DNA of 64,000 nt from Limisphaerales bacterium. GTDB lineage: Bacteria > Verrucomicrobiota > Verrucomicrobiia > Limisphaerales > JAJOIW01. Position 1 is the first letter of the stretch, and each line of letters opens with the position of its first letter. Of the stretch, positions 60,097 through 64,000 are shown piece by piece. The stretch covers positions 277,520 through 341,519 of the forward strand of contig CBFHOE010000003.1 in NCBI GenBank assembly GCA_965657355.1. Direction: 5' to 3'. Position numbers and translations under genes: made by a program. Below the pieces are notes generated by a model. That model was not told the DNA's origin and made no database searches. It saw nothing but the letters and a program-made list of their open reading frames with translations.

Positions 60097-61158
60097 ATGA
60101 AAAATATATTTTTTAGAAATGAAACTAATTTGCGCCGTGGTCTTTACATTGTCGCCACATCGTTTTGCATGACCCTTTTGAGCGTCGTTGCCCACTCACA
60201 AGAGACACCGGCACCAGCAAAGCAACCCCTATTCGAAAACCCTGTCGTGGCTCAAGGAGAGGACTTCAAAATCTATAAAAATGAATTAGAGGAAGAATAT
60301 ATTATATACAAAAACGAGACGGAACGGAATGGACGCATCAAGCTGAATAAAAATCTTAAACACGTCTACGAAAAAAATCTTTTAAAACGGATAGTTTTTT
60401 CAAAATTACTTCAAAGTAAGTCTACTGAAGAGGAAAAAAAGTCGGCAAAAGATCTTACAAACCAGATTATTCAGCAAAATTTGAGTTCTGATATCAAAAA
60501 ACAGTCCTTCAAGGCACAGATTCTAGCACTTGGCCTCACAGAGGAAAAATATATTAGAAAACTTGAGGAAAGAAAATTAGCGGACACAGTTTTGTTTCGC
60601 CTTATGGACTCCATGATCAAAGTTGGTGCCACAGAAGTCAAAGCCTACTATGATTCTAATCCGTCATTATTTGAAGTCCCTACGCAATACAAAGTAGCCC
60701 ACATCATGTTGTCAACTCGCATGCCTGCGAGCAGCGAGAGTATTTCCTTTGCTGATATGGTTAAGAAAAAAGGAGAGGCAGAATCGATAGCAGAAGAGGC
60801 TAAAAAAGAGGGGGCCGATTTTGAGGCTTTGGTCTCAAAGTATTCTGAGGATCCACGCACGAAATCTCGTGGAGGTGTTTATGAGTTTGTGGCTGGATCA
60901 CTGGACCCGGATTTTGAAAAAGTTGCCATGCAAATGGTTCCCGGGCAGATAAGTGATCCTGTTAAATCAAAATACGGTTTTCACATAATAAAATTTATTG
61001 AGATGAAACCATCCAAGATGGAGCCATTGGAGGGTAAATTGGCGGAGGATATTACAAACCACTTGAAGTCCCAAAAATTACAAAAGAATCTTCAAGCCTT
61101 TCAAGATAAACTCATTGCCGAGAGTGATGTGGAGTTCCTCCTATCTTCAGAGAAGTAA
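60097..61158 (+). CDS. PrsA/SurA-like parvulin peptidyl-prolyl isomerase
   Basis: Signal peptide; VAHIML, FEALVSKYSED, GG, FEKVA...GQISDPVKSKYGFHII. Confidence 0.88.
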   Translation: MKNIFFRNETNLRRGLYIVATSFCMTLLSVVAHSQETPAPAKQPLFENPVVAQGEDFKIYKNELEEEYIIYKNETERNGRIKLNKNLKHVYEKNLLKRIVFSKLLQSKSTEEEKKSAKDLTNQIIQQNLSSDIKKQSFKAQILALGLTEEKYIRKLEERKLADTVLFRLMDSMIKVGATEVKAYYDSNPSLFEVPTQYKVAHIMLSTRMPASSESISFADMVKKKGEAESIAEEAKKEGADFEALVSKYSEDPRTKSRGGVYEFVAGSLDPDFEKVAMQMVPGQISDPVKSKYGFHIIKFIEMKPSKMEPLEGKLAEDITNHLKSQKLQKNLQAFQDKLIAESDVEFLLSSEK

Positions 61159-61206
61159 GTGCTTTAACTCAGATCTGAAGATTTTTTTGAAGACTCTTTT
61201 TGGGAT

Positions 61207-62193
61207 TCAAAGCTTCGAAATCCTATGCACCTCAACTTCTGGGATCTCACTCAAAAGGCGATTCATTTGAGCTTCATCAAGAATGTGCGCCAGTGTGGCC
61301 AGTCCATCTGCGAGGGCGCATGAGTGAGCGATTACTGTAATGGATTCGTATTGTATTTCTATAGGGGAACCCGTTTTTGGATTTAAGATGTGAGAATAAA
61401 CTTTCTCGCCAATTTTAAAGTTTTTCTGATTATGTCCGCTGGTTGCCAGGCACTGATTTATAAGTTGGTATTTTTTATTACGGCCTCTCATTGGGTGCGA
61501 TGAATCGGGGGATACAATCCCAACAGTCCAATATTCATTATTTATTTTTTTTCCTCTCGCAGCTACTTCTCCTCCAACGTTGATGATGTAATTATTGATT
61601 TTGTTTTTACTGAGGTAGTTTGAGACCAGGTCTACGGCAAACCCTTTTGCTATTGATGACAAATTGAGTTGTAGTTCCTTTTGAGTTTTTAAAACCGACT
61701 TTTCATCGGTGTTTATGGCCAATTTGTGATAGCCAACTTTTGCCAGCGCACGTTTGATGAGCGGCTCATCAGGTATGACGTTTCCTTTTTTCGTACCAAA
61801 GCCCCAAAGGTCAATGAGCGGACTAAGGGTAGGATCTATTAATCCATCAGATTTTTCGGCAAGGTCAATGGCAAGCTTTAAAAGTTCGAATGCGTAATCA
61901 GGTGCTGCAACTGGTATGCCTGAAGGGGAGCTGTTAAATTTGTTAATCCAGCTATCAGGATTCCAGTTTGATACCTGGGCATCTAGTCGTGCAAAAATAC
62001 CTTGGATTTCCGATTTGAGTGATTCTTCCTCTGTGTAATGCTTTGCCCAATAGGTGATAGTGAAAAACGTTCCCATCGTATCCCCATGTATGTGCTTTAG
62101 CGAAGGTGGGGGGTGACAGGATAGAAGCGGAGCCAATGAGACGAGTAGGACAAGCGTCTTAAGGCCTTTGAATTCTGATAAGAACTTTTTCAA
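61207..62193 (-). CDS. apbE: FAD:protein FMN transferase (lipoprotein)
   Basis: Lipobox LLS-C; GDTMGT, DPTLSPLIDLWGFG, SSIAKGFAVD, GGE, ATSG, SHILNPKTG, ADGLAT. Start set at TTG 62193 (ORF track begins 62277). Confidence 0.92.
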   Translation of the reverse strand: MKKFLSEFKGLKTLVLLVSLAPLLSCHPPPSLKHIHGDTMGTFFTITYWAKHYTEEESLKSEIQGIFARLDAQVSNWNPDSWINKFNSSPSGIPVAAPDYAFELLKLAIDLAEKSDGLIDPTLSPLIDLWGFGTKKGNVIPDEPLIKRALAKVGYHKLAINTDEKSVLKTQKELQLNLSSIAKGFAVDLVSNYLSKNKINNYIINVGGEVAARGKKINNEYWTVGIVSPDSSHPMRGRNKKYQLINQCLATSGHNQKNFKIGEKVYSHILNPKTGSPIEIQYESITVIAHSCALADGLATLAHILDEAQMNRLLSEIPEVEVHRISKL

Positions 62194-63208
62194 TAATATT
62201 GTGAGCAGAGGTGATTTGGCTTGAATCGTAATAAATTTCTCCGGCTTGCTGGTTTTTACTGCCCCCGTGGCCCACATAATCCATTAAATAGTATTTTTTA
62301 GATTCTGAAGGATCCACAAAAGTGCTGAAATATATTGAGGGTTGCCCAACGCCAGGAAGGGTGTATCCCTCGTTGTTTTCCTGCTGATCAGAATTATAGA
62401 AACCATTCCCATCATCCGGGATATTTACTTCCACACAAATGTAAAACCCCTCTGGATCTTCATCGATATATTTTTCAACAGAGAAACTATGTTCGGGGGT
62501 AGCTCCTGAAAAAGTATCAATATCTCCATTTGGCTCTACACCTGAAGCAAGTGTAAATTGATGCCTCCAAATCGGAAGTATATCTACCCTATTCCTCTGG
62601 TTTTCTCCCCACGAGAATGATTCATTGAAAGCACTCTCTTCCGAGACAAAAAAAGTTTCTATTAGAGAACCCACAGAAGATTCTGCCCAGACTGCGATTT
62701 GGGGCCGAGCCCCACTAAAGGGGGTAGGAAACCTTGCCACGGGGTCGTAAGAACTACCCCATTCAATTTCAACAAATACGGAGGATTTATCAGTGGTAGA
62801 CTTCTTAATTTGTGTTTGATCGATTAAATGCCTTGTATGAACGTCGTCCTCAGGACGGAAGATGATTGATGTATTTCTCACTTCATAACTCCATGACAAC
62901 AGCTGGGGAACAGGCCACCAAGACCACACGCACGCTCCCAAAAAATATCCACAAAAGATTAAAGGTATAATTAATAATGAAATGCCATTACTTTTTCGTC
63001 GGCTACCATTTTTATCAGCTCTCAACATTTTTGTGAAATAATGCAAGCGTGCCAATAAGTGGAGAGCCACAGTGATAAAAACTAAGAATCCAAAAACAAT
63101 ATGTACTCTGGTTGTAGCTAAAGAAAATGGCTGAAAAAATCGAAGGAGTGCACTCGATATCAAAACCACAAAGGAGAGCAGTAATGTAAAATTAACATAA
63201 TGCTTCAT
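62159..63208 (-). CDS. Membrane DUF4405-like (2 His) domain fused to a DUF2271-like domain with flavinylation motif
   Basis: TM helices with RVHIVFG and VALHL; soluble PQIAVWAE...ETFFV...WRH...DTFSGAT; overlaps apbE. Confidence 0.7.
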   Translation of the reverse strand: MKHYVNFTLLLSFVVLISSALLRFFQPFSLATTRVHIVFGFLVFITVALHLLARLHYFTKMLRADKNGSRRKSNGISLLIIPLIFCGYFLGACVWSWWPVPQLLSWSYEVRNTSIIFRPEDDVHTRHLIDQTQIKKSTTDKSSVFVEIEWGSSYDPVARFPTPFSGARPQIAVWAESSVGSLIETFFVSEESAFNESFSWGENQRNRVDILPIWRHQFTLASGVEPNGDIDTFSGATPEHSFSVEKYIDEDPEGFYICVEVNIPDDGNGFYNSDQQENNEGYTLPGVGQPSIYFSTFVDPSESKKYYLMDYVGHGGSKNQQAGEIYYDSSQITSAHNIIEKVLIRIQRP

Positions 63209-63353
63209 ATTAAAAATAAAAGTTGAATGGTGTCTTAGGTGCCTATTCGATAATTATAGGTAAATCTACGGTGGCATGCATGAACGTTTGCTTATACCTG
63301 TGTCGTGGTAATTTGCGTATGTCATTTAATTTGTTCATACTAGTGATTTGGTA

Positions 63354-64000
63354 TTATGAATATCCACACAGGTTCCGTAATTCTTGGATATGTTTTTTTC
63401 CGACTTCTCTTGGGTTTGCTTTATATTTTTTGCAAAGAGAGGCAGCGAAGCCTGTCGCGACACCCATTTGCCCGCATGTATTCATGACTCTTGGTCCGCC
63501 TAGTCCAACATGTGTGCAGCTAAAGCATCGTCCAGCCATTTGGAGGTTATCAATGTCTTTGGAATAGAGTGAACGGTATGGGATGTAGTAAAAGGTATTT
63601 TTGATACTCTGAAAAAGTGCCTCTGATAAGAAATCTACCGATCGTCCCAAAAGTTTTTCCTGGTAATGGACATCAATTTTCCTTTTTTCAGTGACTACCG
63701 TATCGGGGAATTCAACTGAGTCTCGAGCGTCTACCCCAGTATATATGTGATCACCCATTATTCTTCTAGACTCTCTTTTGCCAACGAGAAAAGAAATCCA
63801 ATCCAATTCTAAATTTGCAAATTGGCGACGCTTAATAGCATTCGCGTATGACCCATAGATAGCGCGAAACATGTGGTCTCGAATAGTCTCCGAGTCATGT
63901 ATCTGATGGAGTTCGTTGTGGGTAAATTCCCACTGCCACTCACCTGCAGTCGCCACATGGTTTTTAGCTACAGGCTTAGCCCAAGGAACCGAGGGAAAAG
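63354..64000 (-). CDS. FAD-dependent oxidoreductase (FAD_oxidored family), 5' end outside the window
   Basis: GKRESRRIMGD, IDVH, IPYRSLYSKDIDNLQMAGRCFSCTH...RVMNTCGQMGVATG. Confidence 0.88.
   Translation of the reverse strand, partial: FPSVPWAKPVAKNHVATAGEWQWEFTHNELHQIHDSETIRDHMFRAIYGSYANAIKRRQFANLELDWISFLVGKRESRRIMGDHIYTGVDARDSVEFPDTVVTEKRKIDVHYQEKLLGRSVDFLSEALFQSIKNTFYYIPYRSLYSKDIDNLQMAGRCFSCTHVGLGGPRVMNTCGQMGVATGFAASLCKKYKANPREVGKKHIQELRNLCGYS

Overview
A 64 kb bacterial chromosomal segment, mostly moderately AT-rich. It is most likely from the PVC superphylum, probably Verrucomicrobiota, judging by the planctomycete-type cytochrome c domains, the DUF1549/DUF1553-DUF1501 pair, ASPIC/UnbV and the style of the tyrosine integrase. 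Housekeeping genes include aspS, rpmB, rdgB, asd, serA, a UDG, PPIases, tRNA-Gly(GCC) and tRNA-Arg(CCT). Accessory modules: (i) a divergent glucosylglycerate-type compatible-solute cluster (GH13_18 phosphorylase, two GT4s, GpgS, a HAD and an apparently inactive M20 peptidase); (ii) tonB-exbB-exbD divergent from a roadblock-MglA-MglB small-GTPase operon; (iii) a decaying island at about 34.1-37.6 kb holding an intact, GC-rich nitric oxide synthase with the boundary signatures of an integron gene cassette; (iv) a ~1290-aa FG-GAP/ASPIC-UnbV/thioredoxin/TPR lipoprotein split by one in-frame TGA followed by a SECIS-like hairpin (candidate selenoprotein); (v) a multiheme cytochrome / cytochrome-porin fusion / Tat-Rieske cluster (candidate outer-membrane electron conduit); (vi) an ApbE flavin transferase next to a probable flavinylation substrate. 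No CRISPR array or rRNA was seen. All calls come from reading motifs by eye; no database search was run.
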